Source of the DNA: Eledone cirrhosa
Lineage: Eukaryota
DNA length: 64,000 nt
Reading direction: 5' to 3'
NCBI GenBank assembly: GCA_964016885.1
Contig: OZ024743.1
Coordinates: 357,368,001 to 357,432,000, forward strand
Part shown: in pieces, positions 11,914 through 24,767 of the stretch
Position numbering within the stretch: position 1 is the stretch's first letter
How the letters are laid out: every line of letters begins with the position of its first letter
Made by a program: the position numbers and the translations under genes
Notes under the pieces: model-generated
The model's input: only the letters and a program-made list of their open reading frames with translations
What the model was told of the DNA's origin: nothing
The model's database searches: none

Positions 11914-14004
11914 ATGGCTACGAAAAAGAAATTTCATACGTCACTCCCACTCATTCCGTCTTCTTCTTCCTCAATCATCACTACAGCAGAGAGAAGATTG
12001 TCTCTCTCCCTCCCTTCTTTAAATGTGTTTCTCTCCCTCCCTTCTCTTTCGCAAGTGACGAAAGAAAAGAAAAGTCTCGTGCAAAGCGTGCAAGGTTTCT
12101 CCACGACGACGACGACAGCGACGAAACAGGTGTGCGGGAAATACGAAAACCCAGTTCATTCGTCTGACGTCAGGAATAATAGCAGTAGCAGCCGTAATAA
12201 CAACAGCAACAGTGACAATGAAAACAACAGTAGCAGCCGCAACAGCATCACCAGCAGCATAAACAACAACAGCATTAGCAGCAGCAACACCAACAACAAC
12301 CACAGCAACAGCGGCAGTAGTCGTAGTACCTGCAGCAACAACAAAAGTACCAGCAGCTCTGACGACAACGACAACAGCAGAGAAAAACCAATCTCATTTG
12401 CAGGTATTGCGAAAAACTTGGAAACAATCCTCATAACAAATGAGGAATTAGAGGAAGCGAAGAAGATGGTGACAAAGAACGGACACCGAGCAATCTGCAA
12501 GGCAGCGGAAAAATTTTTCGAAACCCAAGAGCACTGTACGGTCACGTACCGTACAGTAAGTACAAAATCCCGTAGGGTGGAAAGAGCCACAGAGGCCCAA
12601 ATACAAAAAGCCTTGGGGTCTGTGTGGCAGCGGAAAACGCACATCACCCGAGGCAAAAAATATGCCACCGTAGACGTACTTTTTGCCACACCCCAGGAGG
12701 CAAAGGCCCAATCAGTAGTGACCCTAAGGAGCGAGGAAATGGTGTTGGTGCCCTCCTACTGCGGGCAAAAAATTGTGAGGGTCAAACTGACCCACGTCCC
12801 CCCCGGAATGACCCCTTCTTGGCTGGCCGCGTCTGTCCTCGTCGGAATCGAGGACAAAACAACTGTACTGCAAGTACAGAAAAAAGTAAGAGAAGATTGG
12901 GTCGGCTCCTCCATTGAGATGCTAATCCAAACCAACCAGGAGTGCATCGAAGCTATCCCGGATGTGATAGACTTCGATAACGGCACTCAACTGCCCATAA
13001 GTGTTGAGGGCAAACGCCCGAAATGCTTTCGCTGTGGATCGAAGACTCACCTCAGGGCCTTCTGCAACGAGAAGACCCTGAGAAAGGAGAAAACCCCCCT
13101 CCTTCCGAATCCGGCTCCACGGCTACCAGCAACAGGACAAGCGGCAACCAGGAACGATAGGTCCGTGGCACCCATACCCACTCCACGGAAATCAAAAACA
13201 GCAGCAGCAGTGGAAATATTAACAACAACAACAGCAATACCAAATGCAGCTGCAACAGAGACTCCAGTGCAAACATCACCAACAACAACAAGTGAAAGAG
13301 TGGAGCTGGTACCCCTCCCCGACCTCACAGAATCAGACATGGAGTGTGAGGTGGGAGAGGGATGGCAAAAGGTCGCAAGAAGGCACAAACGCAGAAGCAG
13401 CGCATCGTCGCCTTTGAAAAGGGAGGAAAGAAATGAGAAAAGGGTAAAGTCTACTGCAAAGAGACCCACAGCAGTAACACCACCAACACCATCACCACCC
13501 ACACCAGCACCACCATCACCACCGGCGACAACCCCACCGCCAACAACACCTTCAGCACCACCACCACAAGCACCAACATCGCAAACACAACAACAAAACA
13601 CACACACCCAGCAACAACGACAAGAAAATAGCAGAACCACACCCCACCCCCAGAAAAACAAATGCACGGCAATAAACACACACAACAAGAAACTAATGAC
13701 TTACATAATTGAACACACAGACATTTCACAACAGGACTACATAATACCAGCACCAATCAAAACGCCAACTAACATAAGACTGCTAAAAATAGCACAGAAA
13801 CAATACACAAACATTAACACGAAATTCCCCAACGCAGTTGGTGATTTCAGGGACCTAGGAGGAACCATCAATCGAAGAGTATATTCAGACATTCTCTTAG
13901 AAGAGCCGACGACCAGCCGAAGGGACGATTCAACGGTCCCTTCACCAGACGATCAAGTGAAAAGGGATGTAAAAACCATCCCTCCTCTACCAAAAGTACG
14001 GTAA
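11914..14004 (+). CDS. Tx1 ORF1, intact 696 aa, zinc knuckle with Ser/Asn- and Pro/Thr-rich tracts
   Basis: Open frame; CFRCGSKTHLRAFC; central region closely matches copy-1 ORF1. Confidence 0.85.
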   Translation: MATKKKFHTSLPLIPSSSSSIITTAERRLSLSLPSLNVFLSLPSLSQVTKEKKSLVQSVQGFSTTTTTATKQVCGKYENPVHSSDVRNNSSSSRNNNSNSDNENNSSSRNSITSSINNNSISSSNTNNNHSNSGSSRSTCSNNKSTSSSDDNDNSREKPISFAGIAKNLETILITNEELEEAKKMVTKNGHRAICKAAEKFFETQEHCTVTYRTVSTKSRRVERATEAQIQKALGSVWQRKTHITRGKKYATVDVLFATPQEAKAQSVVTLRSEEMVLVPSYCGQKIVRVKLTHVPPGMTPSWLAASVLVGIEDKTTVLQVQKKVREDWVGSSIEMLIQTNQECIEAIPDVIDFDNGTQLPISVEGKRPKCFRCGSKTHLRAFCNEKTLRKEKTPLLPNPAPRLPATGQAATRNDRSVAPIPTPRKSKTAAAVEILTTTTAIPNAAATETPVQTSPTTTSERVELVPLPDLTESDMECEVGEGWQKVARRHKRRSSASSPLKREERNEKRVKSTAKRPTAVTPPTPSPPTPAPPSPPATTPPPTTPSAPPPQAPTSQTQQQNTHTQQQRQENSRTTPHPQKNKCTAINTHNKKLMTYIIEHTDISQQDYIIPAPIKTPTNIRLLKIAQKQYTNINTKFPNAVGDFRDLGGTINRRVYSDILLEEPTTSRRDDSTVPSPDDQVKRDVKTIPPLPKVR

Positions 14005-14039
14005 GTGGTCTTTCCCATCTTTTCCACTCTATTTTAAAC

Positions 14040-17000
14040 ATGACCTCACTCAGAATAGGCAGCATAAATGCGCGTGGCTTGGGGTCGTCATGGAAGCAGG
14101 GTCACCTGCTCAACGACCTCAGGTCACTAAACATAGATGTAGTGGCCATCAGCGAGACCAGAATCTCCGAAGCACGGGCCTTCGCACCGATCTTCGGCGG
14201 CTACGATGTGTACGCATCTCCCAGCCGTCCTGGATCGGGTGGAGGAGTTGCTGTGCTTTTTCGGAGAGGTTTGGATCTCGCCATACGGGCCATCTTCCTG
14301 GACCCAGAGGGTAAGCTGGTGGTGCTGGACGTGACCAGCGGAGACGGGAAAGCTTTCAGGCTAGTGGCCGTCTATGCCCCGACAGGAGCAGGGCGGCCTG
14401 ATTTCTTCCGGCGTCTGGAGACCTTTCTTGGAACGTCCCGCTCTTTAGTGTTAGTGGGCGACTGGAACGGGATCTTAGATGCACGCTGGGACTGTGTGGG
14501 ATTAGCGGATAGGGGTGGAGGGTGCAAGAGCCTCACCAACCTGCTCAGGCGTTTTGAACTGTCTGACAGGTACCGATTGGATTTCCCGAATGTGCCAATG
14601 TGAACTTGGACAACCCGCATAGGGTCATCCAGATCATATCTAGATAGAGTATTTTGTAGGGAAATAGATAGGTCTAGCATAGGCTGTCCACAATTCAAGA
14701 TAGTCAGCTACACGGACCACAAATTCGTGATCTGTGTGCTTGACTTAGATAGGCTTCATAGACGAGGACCCGGCTACTGGAAGCTAAACGCGTCCTTACC
14801 AGCGCGCAAGGCCTACAGAGACCGGATTAGCGAACTAGTTAAGCGGGCGTTGACGGGGGCCATCGTCAACAACAAGTGGTGGTTTGCTCTGAAAAGAGCG
14901 ATTAGAATAGAATCGATTAGGTTTAGTAAGGCTTTAGCAATAGAGAAAAATAGAGCAGAGGGAGAATTAGTTAGAAAATTAGATGAGGCGCTTAGCAAAG
15001 GCATCGCGACCGACGTGCTTGCGGCGAAATTCGCCCTTGACCAATTCTTCAATGCAAAGCACGAAGGCTGCGTTGTCAGAGCAAGGGTGCGTGCTCTCAG
15101 ACACGAGGGGACGAAAGCCGTTCAATGGGCCCGAGTGGCGGAGGCGCGTCGTGGCAACAAAGCCACGATCCGGTCTTTGGTGGACCACGACGGGCGCATG
15201 CTACTCGATCCCGGGCAAATGTGTGAAGCTTTTCAGCGACACTTCGCTCAGCTGTTCGGGGGCAGCGGTGGGCCGGGTAGAGGGATGGACTTTAGTGTCT
15301 ACCTCGACGGACTGCCGCGGCTCTCGGCCACTGAGGCGAAGTGTTGCGAAAAGCCGATAACAGCCGCTGAAGTAAGGGAGGCAATGACTGGCTGCACAAG
15401 GGGTAAATCGCCTGGTTTGGATGGTCTGCCCTATGAACTTTACGTACAGATGCCAGACTTGTTCGGAGGCCTCTTGGCGGACGTCTACTGCAACTGGCAA
15501 CAGAACGGGAGAATTCCCAGTTCTGTGAGCCGAGGAGCGGTGGCACTGCTGAGAAAGGATCCGAACAAGGGGGATAACATAGACAATTTCCGGCCCATAA
15601 CTCTGCTAAACACAGAGTTCAAGATTTTGGCCAAGGTGCTAGCAAAGAGGTTGGCGCTTGTCGTTGGTGGTCTGGTGGGAGAGGCGCAGACATGCGCCAT
15701 TCCCGACAGATCCATCCACGACAACCTCCACCTCATGCGATACATCATAGAGAGGGTAGCTAAGGAACCTGGCACGGGTGGGTCCTTGATCAATTTAGAT
15801 CAGTCGAAAGCTTTCGATAGGGTCGACCATCGTTACCTAGCGGCAGTCCTGAGGGCGGCTGGCTTTGGGCCCGTCTTCAGAGGCTGGATCGCTGCCATGC
15901 ACAGCGACATCTGCTCTGTGGTGAGAGTGAACGGTCACCTGTCGGAACCGTTCAACATCATGCGCTCAGTCCGCCAAGGATGTCCCCTCTCGTCCCTCTT
16001 GTACGTATTGACTCTCGAGCCATTACTGCACAAACTGGAGACGTTGAGGGGAGTCCCGCGCGAACTAGGATGCGGAAGATCCGTGTCAGCATATGCGGAC
16101 GATGTCACCGTAGTGGTGTCGAACGCAAAACACATCGAGGCGATCGGCACTACACTAAGAGAAAACGAAGCGGTGACAGGAGCAATGATCAACCAGGAAA
16201 AGTCAGTGGGCCTGCAGCTCGGCACCTGGAGAGGCAGGTCCATGCCGTCCAACAGCGTCGTCGGACGCTGGACAGACGGACCGGTTAAATTGCTAGGGGT
16301 CTGGTTCGGTCCGGACCTCCAGAGGGACAAAAACTGGACGAGGTGACGAGCAGGGTGGCTTCTCTCAGCCAGAAATGGGCGGAGAGGAAGCTATCCCTGA
16401 AAGGTCGAGCGGAGGTGGCTAACGCGTACATCGCGTCTGTCATCTGCTACCGCCTGACCGTCGTACCTTGTCCTAAGCCTCGCCTGACTGCGCTGGAGCG
16501 TTTGCTCTTTCGCTTTTTGTGGAAGGGACGTGCTCCGATGGTCAGGCGGTCCATCTGTTGTCAACACCCGCTACGTGGAGGGCTGGGCATGCCGTGGCTG
16601 ATGATGCGCAGGCACGCGCTCAGGCTACGACATCTCCACCTCTTCCTCGACGGTGATCAGGTGTGGTCGCCGTTGCTAGGCGCGTATTTCCCCAGCTCGT
16701 TTCCTTGACGGAGCTGCAGTCCTGGGTCAAGCGAAGACCGAGAGGGAGCGCCTGGAGACTGGAATGTCTTCAGGCGCTCACAGCCCTCGACCAATCGGGC
16801 AATGTGATCGGTGGAAACTCCACCTCAGCGTTCTATAGAGGATTAGTGGAGGGTAAGAGCGACGACGTACTTGGAGAAACTCTAGGCGTCGACGAAAATC
16901 AACTAGCCAATCTCTTCGGAAGAACTTTCGGGCCGGGGCCTATGGACAACTTCAAGAAATCTCTGGCCTGGCAGTGCTACCGAGGAGCCTTGCCAGTTCG

Positions 17001-17457
17001 GGATAAACTCTACAGGCATGGAGGTGCCGTCAGCCGGGCATGTCCGAGATGCGCGCAGGGCGACGAAACCGTCCTGCACGCACTCGTCCAGTATCCGAAA
17101 ATTTCTGACTTGTGGGTTTATGTCGAACACCTGCTGTCGCGTTTAGGACGGATCCGGCTATCATCTGAGTCCATCGTGAGGATTGCCCCGCCCTCCTCCT
17201 TTAGCCGGGAAGGGCAGGCAGTTTTTATCTGTCTGGTGGCCATGGCGAAAGAGATAGTATGGTGGACACGTTTGAAAGGGCTGAAGACGAGCACTTACCT
17301 CTTCGGTGATGCTCTGATTGACTTTTTCAAATTTCATTTGAAAAGGAAAATCAGAGTAGAGAGGGAAGTGCTCTCTTCCCAGCATTTTGTTGAAAGATGG
17401 GTGAGAGAAGCAAGAATGGCCCGAGTGAATGGGCCTACTCTGAGTATATATCTGTAA
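14040..17457 (+). pseudogene. Tx1 ORF2 (APE + RT), stop at 14601 and frameshifts near 16340 and 16675
   Basis: Same APE and RT motifs as copy 1 (AYADD), split across four ORF pieces. Confidence 0.92.
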
Positions 17458-17705
17458 ATTAAAGGTGGAAAACTGGGAGAGGGCACTTGCCTGGTTGGTC
17501 AGGGTTATTGTGGCTTTTTACTGGGCTTTCTCCACAAATGTCCCTCCGAAGTCTCCCCCCTATTGGGGAATTTTTCATTGTTATTTTTTGTTACATCCTC
17601 TGTTTTTGTTTTTTACACGCAGAAATGCCCATTTGTACCGTCCTGCATTGTCCTGCACTGTCCTTAATGTCTACTTTATGTAAACCCTTGTGGTTAATAA
17701 AGAAA

Positions 17706-17752
<47 letters not shown>

Positions 17753-17754
17753 AA

Positions 17755-17975
17755 CATTTCACGTTGCTCCAGTTTACTCAGCTGTAGAAATGAATTGCGA
17801 CGTCACAGGTGCCAAGCTGCATCGGCCATTGCGTTTCCTTGGACAACATGTGTGTCGTGGAGAGGGGAGGCTGGTATGCATGGGCGACTGCTGGTCTTCG
17901 ACAAACAACCATACCCGGAATTGTGGCTCGGATGGGAACTTTCTAGGTGCAAATCTTATTTGAGAAAAGTCACGT
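17755..17975 (+). mobile_element. 5'-truncated type-2 SINE body
   Basis: Matches the reverse complement of 26130-26365 (tttcacgttgctccagtttactcagctg...gggcgactgctggtctt). Confidence 0.7.
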
Positions 17976-18434
17976 GACGACACAGACAGAATTACTACTA
18001 TGAATAAAATGCCTCTGTTGCCAAACCGATATTTGGATTAAAACGAATAAAACCAGCCGATGACGCGCTGTTGCAGTTCCATCGTGAAGATGCACACATG
18101 TATGACATGTGCATTAGACAACTTGTTGTGGAACCTCTATCTGAGATTTATATCGATTATATCGATTTTAATCAACAAGAATGGGCCCAGTCTTCAACCT
18201 ACTTGTATTTATCGTTGTTGTGGTATAGGTATGGCCACTGCCTTCGGTCGTTTTTCTTGGTGTCACACTTTTTAACTCTTGTTTTTACTCTGGACGATAA
18301 TGTATTAACTTTTCATTCCATTGAGTGCTTCGTGACTGCCTCAAACAAATCGAATAGTACATGCTATACGGCAGCTACAACTTTCGGTTTATACCTAATA
18401 TAATATATATATATATATATCGAGGTCCTGACTC

Positions 18435-18509
<75 letters not shown>

Positions 18510-18515
<6 letters not shown>

Positions 18516-18630
18516 ATAGAGAAATGGGTTCTACAGGACTAGAACCGTTTTATTCGGGAGAAATCATCAGGATGATTTCTCCCGAATGAAACAGTTCTAG
18601 TCCTTTAGAAGCCATTTCTATATTAAATAT
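18510..18630. repeat. Fold-back inverted repeat centred on a hammerhead core
   Basis: ~55 bp arms around catcaggatg. Minus strand reads CTGATGA-tttctcccgaat-AAAAC..GTC; plus strand reads GATGA-...-GAAAC..GTC. Confidence 0.75.
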
Positions 18631-18715
18631 TTATACTCTGCTATGTATTGAGTACCTTACTTACTGTGGTTACCCCCGATTGAACGCGGGATAAATATAT
18701 ATATATATATATATA

Positions 18716-18910
18716 TAACGAAGGAAATGTGGTAAGGAACCAGGTGGACCATAACGCACCAAAGTACTCAATACTTGGGGTAGTAGAGTGGTAATAGGAA
18801 CCAGTAAGACCCCGACGGCTAGCTCAAGCCGTTTCGACGGCTAATTCTGGACTAAATCCAGAATTAGCCGTCGAAACGGCTTGAGCTCAGCCGTCGGGGT
18901 TTTACTGCTT

Positions 18911-18956
<46 letters not shown>

Positions 18957-19111
18957 AAAATGTTTGACCCCGACGGCAGAGCTCAAGCCGTCGAAACGGC
19001 TTGGGCTCTGCCGTCGGGGTCAAACATTTTCCTATTACCACTCTACTACCCTAAGTATTGAGTACTCTGGTGCGTTATAGTCCATCTGGTTCCTTACCAC
19101 ACCTCCTTCGT

Positions 19112-19112
<1 letters not shown>
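18716..19112. mobile_element. Two copies of a (TA)n-embedded short element carrying a half hammerhead, both folded back
   Basis: aacgaaggaaatgtggtaaggaaccaggtggaccataac...gaccccgacggc; palindromes centred near 18855 and 18993. Confidence 0.8.
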
Positions 19113-19174
<62 letters not shown>

Positions 19175-19376
19175 CTATGTACACGTGCATACATATATGT
19201 ATACAGACGTACAGTAGTATGTATATATATATACATACATGCACACATATATATATGTACGTATGGATTCACCGACCATTTATTATAATGCTCGGTGTGT
19301 TTGTAAACAAACATCCCGTATTAAGCCGTAGTGTCTAGCAACCATCGTTGTTCGTTTGTTCAACACTGACAAAGGA

Positions 19377-19419
19377 ACGCTGTACTAGTTTCAAGCTTAT
19401 TAGCTATCGTCAGCAACGT
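19377..19419 (-). ncRNA. Minimal type I hammerhead ribozyme
   Basis: Identical to 19827-19869 on the opposite strand. Confidence 0.85.
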
Positions 19420-19826
19420 ATACCTTCCTGCCAGATTGTTGAACGGATATACTTACCTTATGCATATTAACGGCTGAGTAGCCCAATTTGCATATCGAGT
19501 GGGTTAATCGGCCGGGTGCACCGAAAACGATAAATGGAAAAAATGTTCGGTGAATCCATACGTACATATATATATGTGTGCATGTATGTATATATATATA
19601 TATACATACTACTGTACGTCTGTATACATATATGTATGCACGTGTACATACTTATATTTAAGTAACAGCCGTACTAAGTGTGGGAAATGAAATTTCGTTT
19701 CATTTTTTCCGTTTATCGTTTTCGGTGCACCCGGCAGATTAACTCACTCGATATGCAAATTGGGCTATTCAGCCGTTAATATGCATAAGATAAGTATATA
19801 CGTTCAACCATCTGGCAGGAAGGTAT

Positions 19827-19869
19827 ACGTTGCTGACGATAGCTAATAAGCTTGAAACTAGTACAGCGT
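19827..19869 (+). ncRNA. Minimal type I hammerhead ribozyme
   Basis: ACGUUG-CUGACGA-U-AGCU-AAUA-AGCU-U-GAAAC-UA-GUA/CAGCGU; 6-bp stem I and palindromic ACUAGU stem III. Confidence 0.87.
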
Positions 19870-20129
19870 TCCTTTGTCAGTGTTGAACAAACGAGCAACG
19901 ATGGTTGCTAGACACTACAGCTTAATACGGGATGTTTGTTTACAAACAACCAAGCATTATAATAAATGTTCGGTGAATCCATACGTACATATATATATGT
20001 GTGCATGTATGTATATATATATACATACTACTGTACGTCTGTATACATATATGTATGTACGTATACATACTTATATTTAAGTAACAGCCGTACTAAGAGT
20101 GGGAAATGATATTTCGTTTCATTTTTTCC

Positions 20130-20184
<55 letters not shown>

Positions 20185-20457
20185 CAACCGTGTGTGTGTG
20201 TCGGTTGTAGTATGTCAGTAGCCACTATTATCATAGTGAAATCTTAGAACGTTTTTCTCCTTATATATTTTCTTGAGAGGAAAGGATCTATTTTTATAAT
20301 TTCATAATGTCTTATTTACGACAAATCTTTTGTTGTCACAACGAGTTTTATACATTATTATTATTTTTTTTTTTTTTTGCTAACTTTTTTTTATTTGTTT
20401 TTAAATTCATAGTCATACAGAACAACAATGAGATGATAATAATGATGAACATGATGA

Positions 20458-20532
<75 letters not shown>

Positions 20533-21385
20533 CAACAACAACAATAATATTAATAATAACCAGCTCTACGATACGAGCTTTATTTTCACAGTGAAGCTAT
20601 AACTTGAAATTTATTATTCTCTGCAGACATTTTTATGGTTGGTCAACAGATTATATCATTATAAGATACAATATAAAAATAAAAACGAAATATGTTTAAT
20701 GATACAAACGACCATACGAAACTTAGTAGCAGTAAGAAAGCTGTTGCGTAAACATAATTTTGAAATAAATTCCCAGTTAGAATTATTTGACGATCAATCT
20801 AGAGTTGAGTTCCCGGAGAATTACATCCAAAGAATAGTTTCGTTTCACTTTTACCGCACAGAGTTGAAACGAACACCGTGGCATTTAATCCGATGCTCCA
20901 ACAACCCTGCCAAATCCACCATTTGTATGCCTGTTCCAATTCTAACTTTAAATTCATCACATAATTTCTTTCTTTCTTTTTTTTTTAAATTCTTCATTTT
21001 ATGCCATTTTCTGTATTTTCTGCACCTGTTCAATTTAATTGCCATTACTCAAGCTAGCAGAAAAACCACTGTTCGGGTGGTATTTCTGCTAGCATTTGTA
21101 GTGTGCATATTGATATTATACGCAAATATATATACATGTAGATGTAATACATCAAATAAAATCGTCATTGAGATTAGGCACAGAAATTGAAGAGAGACTG
21201 TGTTACAGTGTCTTCTGTAATCGGTAAAAAAAAAGACGATATTATATATAAACTGCATTACGGCAAAATTTTATGAAAATGAAAAAGGAGAAAATTAGAT
21301 TAGCGAGGGAAATATAAGCCTTATATAACGATGCAAATATATGAACGTTTATATTAGCGATATAATATAGAGTCCATTATATCAG

Positions 21386-21570
21386 TGGATTGGCAGTATC
21401 AGTAGAGGGTCTGACGCCATGCTTTCCAGCATAGTTACGTCCCTTTACGATCTGAGTTCAAATCCCGCCGAGGTTGACTTTGTCTTTCATCCTTACGGGG
21501 TCGATAAAATAAAGTACCAGTAATGCACTGGGTTATTGCTGGCCTTGTGCCTAAAGTAGAGACAATTATA
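21386..21570 (+). mobile_element. tRNA-derived SINE type 1
   Basis: A-box-like tggcagtatcagtag, B box gagttcaaatcc, conserved body ttgactttgYctttcatcc..ggggtcgataaaataaagtaccag. Confidence 0.85.
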
Positions 21571-22526
21571 TCATAACTGGAAGTATTGACGTTTGAAAAT
21601 TTTAAAAGAAGTGAATCTTGAAATATACTTATATATATAACCAGCAATTTCTCTGTCTGTCTGTCCGACAGTGGAAACACGTGCGTAGAGAGAGAGTGAG
21701 AGTGAAAGAAAGAGACAGACTACGAGAGGGGGATAGCGGGAGGGAGAGAGGGAGAGCGAGAGAGTGAATAGACGCTAAAACACGTGCTACAGAAACATTA
21801 CCTTCCCCTCTCCACTGACTTTGGTCACTGAGGCCGAGGGAATCGCTGGTTGCTATAGAGACACTTTGCACAAGCCAGAAGTAACCAGTTCGAGGCGGTT
21901 CTGACTTGACACCATGCGAAGAAGGTTGCCATTGAATTTGTGGTTTGAAGAAGATTGCCATTGAATTTGTGGTTGTTGCTGCTGATAATAAGGACCATTT
22001 GAAGAAGGTTGCTGCTGATGAGGTAATTTATTAATCAGATTGCGCAGTTCCATAACCTACGTTTGATTTGTTCAATTTTTTTCTTCAATTTTTGTTGTTG
22101 TTTTTTTTAATTTCTTTTTGAAAAAATATAAATAATAAAATAAGGTTAGAAATTTAAATACAATTAAATACGATTTAATTTCCATTTCCAGCAGCCAATG
22201 TCCAGTGTTCAATTTCATGAAAAAATTGGAAATAATTAAAAAAATTGAAGTTTAACTTTTGAACATTTGTTTTGACAATAAAAAAATATTTCCTTATTCA
22301 CACCTAATGGTATGATTAAAATTTCATAGGAATATTTTTTTCTAACCGCCAGTTATTTATTTTCTCCTTTTTCGTTTTAACATATTTATTTCAAAGATTT
22401 CACCGTATAGATAACATATATATTTATACATGCATAAAAGACACACCGAGAGACGGTGAACATGGGGTGCCGAAAACATTTCTCATCCAAATCTCAACAA
22501 TATTAGTATATACACTAGATTTGCTC

Positions 22527-23290
22527 GCAGAAAACCGCCTACCGGGTGGTTTTCTGCTAGTCTATATATATAAAACTGAGGATGTCTGTCTCTGTGTGTG
22601 TGAGTTTGAATCCCTAAAACTCGAGAAGCACCAAACCGACTCTTTTCAAACTTTACACATGTAATACAAATTTTCAATGCCTTAGGGACCGGATTAGGCG
22701 ATTTAGCGATCTCTCTCTATACTTTTTATTCTTTCTCTTTTTAGATAGATACATACATATAACGTCGCGCCCTTATAATACCTGTCTGTATGTCTGGCTG
22801 TCTGCATTACGTCACTTCTCTGAGGATGTTGTGTGTGTGTGTCTGTGTGTGTCTGTGAGTTTGAATCCCTAAAACTCGAGAAGTATCCAACCGACTTTTT
22901 TCAAACTTTACATGTGTATTACTTATGTTTCAGGGAGTGTTATGCACATAAAAAATTCAACTTTTTGATCCCCTAGAGCCCGCATTAGGTGAAAAACTGC
23001 GTTTTTTCAGGTTTTTAGGGGTGTTTTGAGGCGTTATCAGACCAATTTCCTTGAAATTGTAACTATGTATTAGTCAGTCTCTTCTTCATACCGTGAGCAA
23101 AGAAAATCCAACATTTTTATGGCCTAGGGTCCGCATTAGGTGAAAAACTTCATTTTTTCAGCTTTTTAGGGCTTTAGGTGAAAAACTTCATTTTTTCACG
23201 AAATTTCAAGGCATATTATGCACATAAAAAAAAGATTTTCTTGATCCCCTAGGGCCCGCATTAGGTGAAAACCTGCATTCTTCCTTTTTC
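22527..23290 (+). mobile_element. Helitron-like non-autonomous element: hairpin + CTAG end joined to a TC start, with internal subrepeats
   Basis: GCAGAAAACCGCC/GGTGGTTTTCTGC-TAG then TCTATATATATAAAA..tgtctgtc; repeated cctagRgYccgcattaggtgaaaa; a similar hairpin at 21054-21092. Confidence 0.55.
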
Positions 23291-23350
23291 ATCGAGGAAC
23301 ATCTTAAAGATTATCCAGCCATCAGAGTATTCGGTTTATTTTCTTTACAT

Positions 23351-23449
23351 ATTGTCTGGTTATAATTTTGTATTGGCGATCGAGTAACGTGAAAACAAGC
23401 GAATAGCGATCTCTAGACCTACCAGTTCAGAGAAACAATTGTCAGCAAT
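23351..23449 (+). ncRNA. Degenerate hammerhead with extended stem II
   Basis: attgt-CTGGTTA...GAAAC-AATT-GTC-agcaat then ATTAAA; shares atcgagtRacgtga with the 37484 HHR. Confidence 0.45.
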
Positions 23450-23499
23450 GAGATTAAAAACCTTTTTTGTATTGCAAACCATGTCAATCTTCTTTCCTG

Positions 23500-23575
<76 letters not shown>

Positions 23576-23624
23576 ATGTGTGTGTGTATGTGTGTGTGTG
23601 TGTCTGTGTGTGTGTGTGTGTCTG

Positions 23625-23657
<33 letters not shown>

Positions 23658-23714
23658 ACACACAATGCATAAATGCATAACTATGTACATAGGTAAATAT
23701 ATGTATGTATGTAC

Positions 23715-23770
<56 letters not shown>

Positions 23771-24767
23771 TTACATACATACATATATACATACATATAT
23801 TTACCTATGCATTTATACATTTGTATATATACATGCATTTATATTTAAGTGTGTAAGGATGTTGACATGATTTATATATCTTTTTTTTTTTGGTAAGGAG
23901 AACATTTTGTCTCCAGATTTTATTACCTAGGGAGATTAAATACCACAGCTCTGGCTGAAAGCTGACCAGGTTCTCAACCTCACCAAACACCAACGCCGGC
24001 CTGTGTGTGTATATGTGTATGTATGTATGTGTGTGTGTATGTATGTACGTATGCATGTGTGTGTATGATTGTATGTATGTATATGTATACACCCACACCT
24101 TTGATCACCATTGCTTCTTTTTCTTGTCGTTTCTGTTGTTCTTGTAACTGTTGTAAAAGTTGACATTGTCCTTATTTTCATTTTCGTTGATTTCTTTCGT
24201 TTTTTTTATCTCCCTAGGAAATTCGTTAACAAGCTTCTTTTATTTATTTTCTTCGTTTTCCTCATTCAAATGCATTCACACTGGCTGTCTCAGAGACGTA
24301 CAAATATGGCTTATAAAACTTACCTAAGTAAATAACCTTCCAATGCCCCCCTAGCGCCCCCAAAGCTTCAAACGCCCCCTAATGCCCCCTTGCGCCAAAA
24401 CGCCCCCCTGGAGCTCCCAACGCCCGAGGTGGGAGGGGGCATATCCCCCCTCCCCCCGTCGAGAACCTTTGCTTTATAGAAAGAAAATTAATCCAAAATT
24501 GAATGCATTTATTTATAAAAAGTCAATAGAACTATTTAACGCAATTGTTACATTTATGATGTTAAATAGCATTAAAAAAGCAAAAAAAAAACAAAACAAA
24601 AAAAACAACAACAAATAAAAATGGAGGTATCACGTTGTATCGGTATTTAAGGTTGGTTGCAGTTAATGGGACAGCATCATTGTGTCGAAATAAAAACCCA
24701 TTTTTTTCATGTGGACATGAAAAATAGTTCGGTGGTATTTTAAAGTTACGATTTTCTCTGGAATACA

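Larger units (their letters stand above)
11663..17707 (+). mobile_element. L1/Tx1-clade non-LTR retrotransposon, near full length (copy 2, different subfamily)
   Basis: ORF1 and ORF2 homologous to copy 1; 3' end cccttgtggttAATAAAg followed by (ATT)n 17708-17751. Confidence 0.93.
19175..20134. mobile_element. ~420 bp hammerhead-bearing unit: ~1.4 tandem copies (+) plus an inverted copy (-); PLE pLTR- or retrozyme-like
   Basis: 19543-19715 recurs at 19965-20134; 19175-19543 is the reverse complement of about 19700-20065. Confidence 0.82.
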
